A DNA stretch of 64,000 nucleotides from Mobula hypostoma (lineage: Eukaryota). Below, piece after piece: positions 24,041-36,155 of this stretch. The notes beneath the pieces are model-generated. The model was given only the letters and a program-made list of their open reading frames with translations. It searched no databases and was not told where the DNA came from. Location of the stretch: NCBI RefSeq assembly GCF_963921235.1, contig NC_086108.1, positions 98,148,001 to 98,212,000 on the forward strand, in the 5' to 3' direction. Positions within the stretch are counted from its first letter, which is position 1. Every line of letters begins with the position of its first letter. Made by a program: the position numbers and the translations under genes.

Positions 24041-24989
24041 AGCCCAATGTAGTACCACAAATGAGACGATGAACTGGAGTCTGGAATAGTGGGATAGGTT
24101 GTGGGGCAGTCAAAAAGAGGGGTTGATCATGTCACTTATCAAATTAGAACAAGAGATGCCCGTTTCATGCTACGTTGAGACAAAAATATTGAATCTGAGT
24201 TGAATGTTAGATGATATATTGGTGCACTCTACGATGGACCAACTACAAAGAGGGTAATTTAATCAGAGTTGGGAATTTCAAGATCATGCATCATGGGAAT
24301 AGGGCCTTCCGTACCAACCAACCACACCATTCCAATCTCAATTTGCCTCTGGCATCCCCAGTAACTTACCCATGCCCTTTGAGTCTCTTGCCACCAATCT
24401 ATATTAGGAGCACTTTTACACTAGTTACTTAACCTAGCCTTCGGCAAGTCTTTGGCACATGGGAGGAAGCCCGTGCAGTTGCAGAAAAAAGTTCAATTTC
24501 CACACAGAGAGCAGCCAAGATCAGAATCAAAACCGGATGTCATTTTCCCGAGGGAGGAAAATATAATTTGGCAACATTCGATATGGAAGAGAGAGACAGG
24601 AGACTGCAGATGCTGCAGTCTGGAGCAATGAAGAATTGAGCAGGTCAAGCAGCATCTGTTCTGCTGGAGGAAAAAACTTAAAAGTTGTTTGTGTATCATT
24701 ATTGGGGTAAATAATGCGCCAAGGGGGGGAAATATCCAAGGGGCATGTGCTTTTCCAAATCAACCCCTAAGTTAATGAGGAAAAAAATTGTAAATAAGGC
24801 TGGTTTTGATGAACTCCCATGTATGGAACCTTGCAGAGGGAGTTTAATGGAGACAATTAATAAGATTAATACAGAAGACTGCAAACTGGTGCATTTGGGG
24901 TGGGGGGTGTTAAAAACAACAAGAACAGTTGGTAAAATTCTTGAGGAATAGGATCATGAAATGTAATGGGAAAAGACTGAATAAAAGAG

Positions 24990-25140
24990 CCAACAGTCGA
25001 CATTTTGTTTCGAGACCCTTCATCTACGACTCAAAATGTTGACTGTTAACTCTTTTCCATAGATGCTGCCTGACCAGCTGAGTTCCTCCAGCATTTTATG
25101 CCTGGATTTCCAGCATCTGCACATTTTCTCATGTTTGTGA
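24990..25140. mobile_element. Penelope pseudo-LTR inverted junction
   Basis: AACAGTCGACATTTTG...CAAAATGTTGACTGTT inverted arms followed by a plus-strand pseudo-LTR tail. Confidence 0.7.
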
Positions 25141-26509
25141 ATAAAAAAGTGTGTAAAAATGATCATTTACAAAAATAGAGGGCTAACTGATTAAAAAAAA
25201 TAATATCCATCAAAGAAATCATGGGGACCAACTCAATGGAACAAAAGAAAAAAAAGCATTTTTGGAGCATGGGTCCTTTCCAAAAATAATTTTAAAGGAG
25301 AGACAACAGGATTGATGTGATAAATAATTAAAATCCTTCAGGGTTTATTATGTGAGATAGGGTATTGCTAGTGAGGCCAATATTGAAAGCTTATCAAGTA
25401 ATAAGGTAAAATCTCAATAGTTCTTTCCCCCTACCCCACCACAGTCAAAGGAGCATTCAAATTGAGGTGATGGGCCATGCACTGTACAGTGGTTTCAATG
25501 AAACATGTGCCATACGAGTACAAAATGTTTCGCAGATCTTAGCAAATTCCAGGCAAGATACAATGAATGGAGGTTCCAGTGAGACCCTAAGACATCACAA
25601 AGTTCAGTCAATCTAAATCTGCTTCCATTTTTCTCATCTATTTTTCTGTGTTACTAATGAATTTCAATAATCAACACAGAAGCCAAAACTAGTTCTTAGT
25701 TTGCCACTTGTCTAATAATTAAATTGAATTTGATTGAATCCATATCCTCTTAATCACTGAAGTTCAATAATTATTACTTGCCCTTTATTTGCTAGATTCT
25801 ACCACTCCAGAAAAACCTTCACTCATTACACATCAAATGAGTTTATCCCACTTTGTCCACTCCACAATTCTGATACACCAAGAAACTTTCTGATCACGGT
25901 ATTCATGTGAATATCATCCAGTAAATGTAATTTTACTCCCTTCAAAAATCAAAAATAAAGAAATAAATAATTGTCTTTTCAACACATTTTTTCCCAAGTT
26001 CCAAATCTGCAAATGGCTCCAGATTACCTTTGATACTTACAAATATATCAGATAGGAATAGCGAATGTCAGCCAGCCCTTTGAACTTGGTCTAACAAGCG
26101 ATGAGATCATATCTAATCTTGCAAATCCAATGCGATGTCCTACTTGATTCCCTTAGCATTCAACCTGTCCAGACCCAAACTTCTATCCATACCTTGAATA
26201 TGCTCAAATCATCCACAGTGCAGTCATCAGGATGTTCAAAGATTTAATTTTCTGAGCTAGGAAATTCCTCCATACTTCAGTGCTAATTAATCTGCCATTC
26301 ATTTTACATGGCAGGGCATTAAAGATTTCTTCATGACCAGGTGCACATGACATTTTCCCAGTAATGAAACTGTGAACAAAGTTCATCTAGTAAATGTTCT
26401 CTTACAAAGTCAGAAGTTCAATTCAAGTAGGTTTTATATTTCCTTTTGGCAAGTTTTTATGTGCACTAAGATAAGGGCCACTGCCTGCCAGTTTTTCAAA
26501 ATCTATTTA

Positions 26510-26900
26510 GAATGGCAGACTGGTGGGGTGGAGATATGTCTCTACCAAACGACATGCCAGGCACCCCTTCCCTCTGCTAGCCTGCAGCTCACCCTCGGGC
26601 AAAGTGCAGTACCTGCTTAGCCCTCCCCTCCCCCCACAAGGTGCAGCACCTGCTTAGCACCTTCCCCCCAATCAGAGTCACATGAAGCCATGGGATCAGG
26701 TGGTGGATGGTCCTATGAGGAGCTGGTGCATATCAGAAGTCCTGGTTATGAGACCACTGACGCCAGGCAGATGATCTCTGAACTGGTAATGGCTGAGGTC
26801 ACCTGTCTTGTAATGACACAGCCAGAAAGTGGCAATGGCAAAAATTTGCCAAGAACAATCATGGTCATGAGACCATGATGGCCTACAACATACGGCATGA
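26510..26900 (+). mobile_element. RTE-derived non-autonomous retroposon
   Basis: GGCAATGGCAAA..AATTTGCCAAGAA RTE-type motif. Internal duplication of GTGCAG(T/C)ACCTGCTTAGC. Confidence 0.5.
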
Positions 26901-26945
26901 TCTTCGGCTTAACAGAAAGGCTGTGTGGGCAGCAAAGTCTCTAGT

Positions 26946-28106
26946 CAATAGACAATAGGTGCAGGAGTAGGCAATTCAGCCCCTCGAGCCAGCACCGCCA
27001 TTCACTGTGATCATGGCTGATCATCCACAATCAGTACCCTTTTCCTGCCTTCTCCCCATATCCCTTCACTCCGCTATCTTTAAGAGCTCTAACTTTTTTT
27101 TTTGAAAGAATCCAGAGAATTGGCCTCCACTGCCTTCTGAGGCAGAGCGTTCCACAGAACCACAACCCTCTGTGTGAAAAAGTTTTTCCTCAACTCCATT
27201 CTAAATTGTCTACCCCTTATTCTTGAACTGTGGTCTCTGGTTCTGGACTCCCCCAACATCGGGAACATGTTTCCTGCCTCTAGCGTGTCCAATCCCTTAA
27301 TAATCTTGTATGTTTCAATCAGATCCCCTCTCATCCTTCTAAATTCCAGTGTATACAACCCCAATCACTCCAATCTTTCAACATATGACAGTCCTGCCAT
27401 CCCGGGAATTAACCTCTTGAACCTACGCTGCACTCCCTCAATAACTAGAATGTCCTTGCTCAAATTTAGAGACCAAAACTGTACACAATACTCCAGGTGT
27501 GGTCTCACCAGGGCCCTGTACAACTGCAGAAGGACCTCTTTGCTCCTATACTCAATTCCCCTTGTTATGAAGGCCAACATGCCATTAGCTTTCTTCACTG
27601 CCTACTGTCCCTGCATGCTTACTTTCAGTGACTGATGAACAAGGACACCAAGATCATGTTGTACTTCCACTTTTCCTAACTTGACACCATTCAAATAGTA
27701 ATCTGCCTTCCTGTTCTTGCCACCAAAGTGGATAACCTCACATTTATCCACATTAAACTGCATCTGCCATGCACCTGCCTACTCACCCAGCCTGTCCAAG
27801 TCACCCTGCATTCTCATAACACCCTCCTCACATTTCACACTGCCACCCAGCTTTGTGTCACCTGCAGATTTGCTAATGTTACTTTTAGTCCCTTCATTTA
27901 AATCATTAATATATATTGTAAATAGCTGCGGTCCCAGTACTGAGCCTTGCGGTACCCCACTAGTCACTGCCTACCATTCTGAAAAGGACCCATTAATCCC
28001 TACTCTTTGTTTCCTGTCTGCCAACCAATTTTCTATCCATGTCAGTACCCTACCCCCCAATACCATTTGCTCTAATTTTGCACACTAACCTTCTATGTGG
28101 GACCTT
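26946..28106 (-). mobile_element. CR1 LINE, 5'-truncated, relatively young
   Basis: [38 protein letters not shown] motifs; (CTATTGT)n tail. Close relative of 30509-31777. Confidence 0.95.
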
Positions 28107-29045
28107 TAATGTGCCCCAGGGCTGTGTGCTCAGTCCGTTGCTGCTCACACTGTGTCGCAGGATTCAGCTCAAACTGCATCAAGTTTACCAATGACACAGC
28201 AGTAGTTGGTCTCATCAACAATCTGATGGAGTACAGAGAGGAGGTGGAGCGGCTGGTGGAGTGGTATGAAGACGACAACCCAAGTCTGAACATGGAGAAG
28301 GCCAAGAAAGTGATTGTGAGCTTTAGGAAGGTGTAGATGAACCATTCCTCTGCTCATACATGGCTCTTCCGTAGAGAGAGTTAAGTGCACCAAGTTCCTG
28401 GGAGTTCACATATCAGATGGCCTCACCTCGTCCCTCGTTAACACCTACGTGAATAAGGCAGCACAGCAGCAGCTCCATTTCCTCAGGAGGTTGAGGCATG
28501 CAAGGCTACCCCACCCCCACCATGTGAGCTGACTTTTACAGGAGCACCAGCGACAGCGTCCTGACAAGTTGCATCTCCATCTGGTATGGGAGCAGCAGAG
28601 CATCAGACTGGAAGTCCCTACGAAGGACAGTGAGAATGGCTGAGAGGATCAAAGGGGTCTCCCTCCTCCTATCCACAGGGGTTATTATCAGGAGCGTTGT
28701 ACACGCAGGGCCCTCAGTATTATTAAGGATCCCACCCATCCATCCCGAATTCTCTTTGACTTTCTACCATTAGGCAGGAGACTCCAATGTATTAAGACAA
28801 GAATATCAGGATGGAAAAGTGTCTTCCCTCAGGCCATTCGGCTTCTGAACTCCCTGCCACATCGCATTCAAAGTGTCACTGGATAATTTGTACTGTACCC
28901 TACAATATGTAGTTTATGCACTTTATTTATGCATAAAATTCACAATACTTTCCCAAGTTATTGTGTGTTATGTGTACTACTGTGCTTCACAGCCTGGTTT
29001 GGAGAAACCTTACACATGTATATAGTTAAATGACAATAAACTTGG
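28107..29045 (+). mobile_element. Rex-Babar LINE 3' part
   Basis: PQGCVLSP (GTGCCCCAGGGCTGTGTGCTCAGTCC), KFTNDTAVVGLI..YREEVERLVEW, GACAATAAAC tail. Confidence 0.88.
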
Positions 29046-29339
29046 CGGCACATAATGATGATGATGATTTAGAATGTATCAGCATGTAAATGTTACACAG
29101 ATTGTGACAGAGAGTGCTGGAGCATTCAAAAGGTCAGGCAGCAACAACAGCGAGAAAGCCTATTACCCTGGGTAGGGAAGTCTAGAACAAGAGGATGCAG
29201 ATTTTAGGTGAGAGAGGAAAGATTTAAAAGGGACCGGACAGAAAACGTCCCCGTGGACAGGGTGGTGAGTATATGCAATAATCTGCAAGAGGAAATGGCA
29301 CAGGCAGGTACAGTCACTAAGCTTTATATTACATAGATG

Positions 29340-29935
29340 TATCTTTCTTACCCCTTATGGATGGTGTGTATCTGCATTTTTCCCTCAATCTCAGGTCCTC
29401 TGTCAGAGGGCTGTGAGCTTGAGGGTTCAGTGCTGTATCCTTGCTGTTGTTAGTAGTCCACTCTTCTGGACCGAGATCTCAGATGTTTTCCCCAGCATTT
29501 ATTGTAACCACTCTCCCAGTCCAAGTATCACAGCTCCAAGTGCACCTATCACCACCAGGATTACTCTGGCTTTAGCTTTCCACATCCTATCTACCTGCTC
29601 TTCCAAGCCCTGGTATTTCTCCAGCTTCTCAAATTCTTTCTTCCTGAAGTTACTGTCATTTGGGATTGCCATGTCTATTACTATTGCTTTCATCTGTTCC
29701 TTGTTCAGTATTACTATGTCTGGTTGGTTGGCCAGTAACTGCCTTATCAGTCTGTATTGGAAGTCCCACAGCTTCTTAGCTCTGTCATTGTCCACTACCC
29801 TCTCGGGTGTTTCCCCATTTGGACTTGGGAGTGTCCAATCCATATTCAACACAGATATCCCAGTACACAGTTCCTGCATCTCGCTTGTGCCATTCAATGT
29901 AAGCTGTCCTTGCCTGCATCTTGCACCCAGGGATG
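29340..29935 (-). mobile_element. R4/Dong (Rex6-like) non-LTR element 3' fragment with restriction-like endonuclease
   Basis: ORF 29499-29897: PERVVDNDRAKKLWDF..ANQPDIVILNK..VIDMAIPNDSN..KKEFEKLEKYQGL..VVIGALG, a PD..D..K RLE domain. Confidence 0.85.
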
Positions 29936-30508
29936 TATATACACTGGATGAATTACAGGTAAAGTGAAAGAAAAGCCCTATTTTAAGCTGCAGAGAAGGG
30001 GTGGTGGAGAGAACGGAGGAAACGTCTACAATGGTGTAGTTTTCAAGGTGACAATTACTTTAAAAACTGGTACGATGATTTGAAACAATAAATTGAAACA
30101 GAACATACAGCCCAATTTATGGCATGTAATTGTAATTTCTAAACACAGTATTAGGTGATAATGGTAATAACATGTCCAGATGGAAAGGCAGAAGCTGTTC
30201 TTTGAGTTTGTATTAGACCACACGACATAAAAGCAAAAGTAGGCCATTTGGACCATTGAATATACGCCACCATTCCATCAAAGCCAATCTGTTATCCCTC
30301 TTGACCTCATTTCTTCTGCCTTCTCCTTGTAACCTCTGACTCCCCCGACTAATCGAGAACCTATCAACCTCCACTTTAAATATAACTCAACGGCTTGGCC
30401 TCCATAGGCATCATTAGAATAACAGGGGAGGGTGTGAAAAGCAAAGTCATTGTGGGAGTGGAGAAGAGAATTCAGCTGGCAGGAATCTAGCTTCAGCTGT
30501 TGTAATAA

Positions 30509-31777
30509 ACAATAGACAATAGACAATAGGTGCAGAAGTAGACCATTCAGCCCTTCGAGCCTGCACCGCCATTCTGAGATCATGGCTGATCATCTACTAT
30601 CAATACCCAGTTCCTGCCTTGTCCCCATAACCCTTGATTTCCCTATCCATAAGATACCTATCTAGCTCCTTCTTGAAAGCAACCAGAGAATTGGCCTCCA
30701 CTGCCTTCTGAGGCAGCGCGTTCCACACCTCCACAACTCTCTGGGAGAAGAAGTTCCTCCTCAACTCTGTCCTAAATGATCTACCCCTTATTCTTAAACC
30801 ATGCCCTCTAGTACTGGACTCTCCCAGCATCTGGATCATATTTCCTGCCTCTATCTTGTCCAATCCCTTAATAATCTTATATGTCTCAATCAGATCCCAC
30901 CTCAATCTCCTTAATTCCAGCGTGTACAAGCCCAGTCTCTCTAACCTCTCTGCGTAACACAGTCCGGACATCCCAGGAATTAACCTAGTGAACCTACACT
31001 GCACCTCCTCCACAGCCAGGATGTCCTTCCTTAACCCTGGAGACCAAAACTGCACACAATACTCCAGGTGTGGTCTCACCAGGGCCCTGTACAAATGCAA
31101 AAGAATTTCCTTGCTCTTGTACTCAATTCCCTTTGTAATAAAGGCCAACATTCCATTAGCCTTCTTCACTGCCTGCTGCACTTGCTCATTCACCTTCAGA
31201 GACTGATGAACAAGTACTCCTAGATCTCTTTGTATTTCTCCCTTACCTAACTCCACACCGTTCAGGTAATAATCTGCCTTCCTGTTCTTGCTCCAAAAGT
31301 GAATAACCTCACACTTATTCACATTAAACGCCATCTGCCAAGTTTCTGCCCACTCACCCAGCCTATCCAAGTCACCTTGAATTCTCCTAATATCCTCATC
31401 ACATGTCACACTGCCACCCAGCTTAGTATCATCAGCAAACTCGCTGATATTATTCACAATGCCTTCCTCTAAATCATTGACGTAAATGGTAAACAGCTGT
31501 GGTCCCAATACCGAGCCCTGTAGCACCCCACTAGTCACCACCTGCCATTCCGAGAAACACCCATTCACTGCTACCCTTTGCTTTCTATCTGCCAACCAGT
31601 TTTCTATCCATGTCAATATCCTCCCCCCAATGCCATGAGCTCTGATTTTACCCACCAATCTCCTATGTGGTACCTTATCAAATGCCTTCTGAAAGTCAAG
31701 ATACACCACATCCACTGGATCTCCTGCATTTATCTTCCTGGTTACATCCTCGAAAAACTCCAATAGATTAGTCAAGC
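30509..31777 (-). mobile_element. Young 5'-truncated CR1 LINE
   Basis: (CTATTGT)3 tail at 30509-30529. ATAA at both junctions (30505-30508, 31778-31781). Confidence 0.95.
30600..31775 (-). pseudogene. CR1 ORF2 reverse transcriptase C-terminal half, 391 aa uninterrupted
   Basis: LDFQKAFDKV, QGSVLGP, FADDTKL, LVRPHLEYCVQFWSP. No endonuclease or ORF1 because of truncation. Confidence 0.92.
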
Positions 31778-33049
31778 ATAATGTGAAGGGTTAGTTTACT
31801 GGCTGGTCAAAAGCCACTTCTGCCATACCGGTTGTTGATTGACCAGTTTGAGAGATGCAGCAGCTCTTTCCTATTGTTGCTTTGCATGAAACAGCACCAG
31901 TGTCCGGTTCCGGACACTCCAGGGGTATAAGAACAGCATGTGCGAGAGACTTCCTGGCTTTCCTTTGTCTCCAGGGGTTCATCTTCACACGGAGATCACA
32001 ACCAGTACTGAAGAACCACTGGGAATGTGTGCTGCAGATATAGCAGAGCCCACATGCACACTTAGCCAAGTAGCTGTCTGTTAAACGTTTAATTTTGTAG
32101 TTGTGTAAATTGGGAAGACTTACTAAAGTACTCGTTGAGTTTGAATTTTTACTGAATGTTTATTATCATAGTTTGTGAAACTTAAGGTAGCTTAGATGTC
32201 TGTAAATAAATGGCTAATGAACTTATTTGTAATCAGTGTCTTCAGTCTCAATTCACCAAACCAGTGAAGCTGCTTCTTTGTAACAGCGGTGTCCTTGTGT
32301 TTTGAAATGTGGACATTTAATTGATGTTTAGTTACTCCAGTGTGGAAGAGAGTACTTAGCAAGTACCAAATGCAGCCGAGTAAACTGAAAGAAGCTCCAG
32401 CTGGAAGAGCTATAAGCTCCTAATACTATGTTGGTCAATTTTCAGAATTTAGGCATCATCTCCTTCCAGTAATGCTGCCTCGACATCTTGAACTGCAGTT
32501 ACTTGGCACATCAGCTGAGTGAGGAATCCAATTTTCTTAATTCATGAACAAACAAGTCAGTGAACTGACTGAACAGGCACGCGGTTTATTGTGAGATAAT
32601 ACTTTGTAATGCTGCAAACTGGTGGAAAGCAAGATCTCTTACCGCATAGCGCATACACCATTTACAGTGGAGGCATTGTAATTTTCAACATGCAACATCT
32701 TCTTAGTGATCATTAAAAAACGGTTTGAACTCAACCATCAGTACAGTTGAATACACGCCAACACAGTTGCTGCTAATTTCGAGATTATTCAGTGGTCACA
32801 AATTTACAATGCAATCTGTCAATGCTGGAACTCCAGTTTATAGCAAAATATGATCAGGAGTTCAAATACAAGCCAGAGGTAGATACATCAAACAGTCTCC
32901 ATTTTTACTTATCTTCAAATATCAAAAAGTAGAATGAAGTATAATGTCAATGTTTACAAAACATATAATTATTTATTAACTGGGCTTGTATTGCAGGAGA
33001 ATGGAGTTGAGAGAGATAATAAATCAGCCATGATGGAATGGCAAAACCG

Positions 33050-33775
33050 AAGTGCAGGGATTTGCACTGGTAGGACAAACCATTGAACAGTAGGGCGTTG
33101 AGGAGTAATACAGGGCCATCATTTGTTTAAAGTGGTGTCACAGATAGGGTTGCAAAGAAAGCTTTTGGCACATTGGCCTTCATAAATCAATATATTGAGT
33201 ACAGAAGATGGAATGTTTCATTTAAGTTGTATAAGACTAACTTGGAGTAGTGCGTGCAGTTTTGGTCACCATAGGAAAGATGTAAACAAGATTGAAAGAA
33301 TGCAGAGAAAGTTTACAAGGGTGTTGCTGGGACTGCAGGACCTGAGTTATAAGGAAAGATTGGATAGGTTAGGACTGCATTCATTACAACGTGGAAGATT
33401 GAGAGGAGATTTGACAGAGGTATGCAAAATTATGAGGGGTATAGATAGGGCAAATGCAAGTAGGCTTTTTCCTCTGAGGTTAGGTGGGACTACAACCAGA
33501 GGTCATGAGTTAAGGGTGAAAGCTTGGATGTTTAAGAGGAACACAAGGGGAAACTCCTTCACTCAGAGGGTCGTGAGAGTTTGGAATGAGCTGCCAGCAC
33601 AAGCAGAGCATGCAAGCTCGATTTCAACATTTAAGAAAAGTTTGGATAGGCATTTGGGAGGTAGGGGTACGAAGGACTATGGTCCTGGTGTGGCTCAACG
33701 GAGTAGGCAGCTTAAATAGTTTCCACATGGACTAGATGGGCCAAAGGGCTTGTTTCAGTGCTGTACTTCATGTGA
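33050..33775 (+). mobile_element. CR1 LINE 3' fragment
   Basis: ORF 33195-33719: RKDVNKIERMQRKFTR..RGDLTEV..FTQRVVRVWNELP. Confidence 0.88.
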
Positions 33776-34284
33776 TTCCATGGGCCGAATGGCTTAATTC
33801 TGCTCTTATGTTTTAAGGTCTTGTGGTACCAAAGATATTGTTTTAAAAAAATGCAGTTATTGTTGAGGCAGAAGTTTGAGACTTCATTAAGCTGTTGGCC
33901 AGCGTCCCTCATTCTCAGGAAGGACTAGCCAATAGTTGGATCAACTAGAGGTCATTCATACTTGGCTCGGAAAGTTCAGTCATTCAGAACTCTACTGAAT
34001 ATATCTTCGCAAGCTCAGTTCACCTGATATCCACATGTTCTCTAACTACACTGGCCTGGTTAAGTAAGATAAGCATTTTCAAATACTTATTTTCCAAAAT
34101 GGTTCCAATTATCATGTCCCTCCACACCTTTTAACTGACTTCCAAGCCTACCTATCTTCAAGATTTAAGCACTCTTTCAATTTTGCCTATCTGGTTGTCT
34201 TTACATACTTAAAACTACCAATGATGGCAGTGGCTTCACCAGTCAAGGCCGTGAGATCTATAGTCCTTCCATCACCTCCACCCC

Positions 34285-35130
34285 TCTGACTCTCAAAACA
34301 GGAGTCTCTCAGGGCTGTGTACTCATTCCCCTCCTTTACTCCCTGTATACCTATGACTGTGTTGCCACCCACAGCTCTAATCTGCTAATCAAATTTGCCA
34401 ACGACACTACCTGATTGCCCTTATCTCAAACAATAACAAGGCAGCCTACAAGTCATCTCTCTGACACAGTGGTGTCAAGAAAACCACCTCTCCCTTAATG
34501 TCGTAAAAACAAAGGAGCTGGTTGCGGATGTCAATGGATCTGGGGTTGACAGGGTAAACAGCTTCAGTTCCTTGGCATTCACATCACCGAGGACCTCACG
34601 TGGTCTGTACACACCTGCTGTGTGGTGAAAAAGGTGGTTGAGGAAGTTTGATACGGGCCCCCAAGTCCCAAGAACTTTCTACAGGGGCACAATTGAGAGC
34701 ACCCTGACTGGCTACATCACTGCCTGGTATGGGAACTGTACCTCTCTTAATCACAGAGAGTGGTGCGGACAGCCCAGCGCATCTGTAGTTGTTAACTTCC
34801 CATGATTCAGGACATTTACAAAGACAGGTGTATAAAAAGGGCCTGTAGGATGATTGGGGACCCGAGTCTCACCAACCACAATTTATTCCAGCTGCTACCA
34901 TCTGGGAAACGGTACCGCAGCATAACAGCCAGGACCAACAGACTCCGGGACAGCTTCTTCCACCAGGCCATCAGACTGATTAACTCACGCTGATTTGAGT
35001 GTATTCTGTTACATTGACTGTTCTATTTATTATAAATTACTATGATTGCACATTGTACATTCAGACAGAGATGTAATGTAAAGATTTTTACTCCTCATGT
35101 ATGTGAAGGATGTAAGAAATAATTCAAAAA
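34285..35130 (+). mobile_element. Rex-Babar LINE 3' part
   Basis: CAGGGCTGTGTACTC, KFANDT, NLFQLLPSGKRYRSITARTNRLRDSFFHQAIRLIN. Confidence 0.88.
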
Positions 35131-35589
35131 CTTACACAACTTCCAAATCTTTCTACTTCCAAGGCATTCCTTAAGAAACACCTATTCGAACAATCATCTG
35201 GTCAGGTCCTTATATGATTCAGCATTAAATTTTTATTTGATAACTTCCTCCAGTAGAATTGTTTAGAATGTTTTGTTGCAAGAGGTGTTAAACCAATGCT
35301 CAGATTTGCAGACAAGTGCTGTTTGTCAATGGGATTCCGGGACAAGAGTTCTTTTGGGTGCAGTGACCAAAAATCTGCCTTACTGGATGAACACAGAAAG
35401 GTCCCAAGCCAAAAAGGCGAAGGGAAGTTCCCTTCTGCGAACATTACCACGCAAATTAAGATCAAACAGATTACTCAGTAATAATGAAATCGTTCTTTGC
35501 GAGATATTACTGAGCACAAGTTAACTGCAGCACCTGGCGACCATGACCGCAACAACAGCCTTGCACTCAACATCTGTGGACTTTGGGAA

Positions 35590-36150
35590 GGTGAGGTCGA
35601 AAGAACACACAGCAGTCCTCATTGAAGGGCTGGCAGTGGAAAGAGTGAGCAGTTTCACGTTCCTGGGTGCCAATGTCTTTGAAGATCTATCCTGGGTCCA
35701 ACATATTAATGCAATTAAGGCAGCATGCCAGCGACCCTGTTTGATTAGGATTTTGGGATTTTATCTGTCACCAAAGACTAGTGAGTTGCAACAGATGTAC
35801 TGTGGCGAGCATTCCAATTGGATGCATCTCCATTGGGATTGCAGGCATCAACACATGGGACCAGAAAAGGCTGCAGAATGTTGGAAAACTCAGCCAGCTC
35901 CATCATGGGCACTAGCTTCCTCACCATCTTCAAAAGGTAATGCCTCAGAAAGCTGGGATCAATCGTTAAGGACCCGCATCACCAGGACTTGTCCTCTTCT
36001 CATTACTGCCATTGAGGAGATGATACACAAGCCTGAAGCACACACTCAACGTTTCAGAAACAGCTTCTTCCCCGCCATCAGATTTTGAGAGGTCCATGAT
36101 CACTACCTTATTACTTTGCTCTCTACAGCACTACCCTTTTATACACACAA
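35590..36150 (+). mobile_element. Rex-Babar LINE 3' part; tail appears to resume at ~38400-38510
   Basis: VERVSSFTFLG..DLSW..HTQRFRNSFFPAIRF. Tail segment GTACTGTACTGC..GACAATAAACC lies after the inserted cluster. Confidence 0.75.
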
Positions 36151-36155
36151 ATACA

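Larger units (their letters stand above)
30501..32285 (+). mobile_element. Solo LTR (~512 bp reconstructed) split by a CR1
   Basis: TGTAATAA (30501-30508) joined to 31782-32285 ending TTTGTAACA. Flanks GCTGT (30496-30500) / GCGGT (32286-32290), 4/5 match. GGTATAAG at ~31925 and AATAAA at 32205. Confidence 0.7.

Noticed and set aside
28100..28115. Twin-priming inversion at the CR1/Rex junction
   Set aside because: The two sides belong to different LINE clades, so independent adjacent insertions are more likely.
30600..31775. 391-aa ORF as a domesticated RT gene
   Set aside because: It starts at the 5'-truncation point with no ATG and has a normal CR1 tail; recent insertion explains the open frame.
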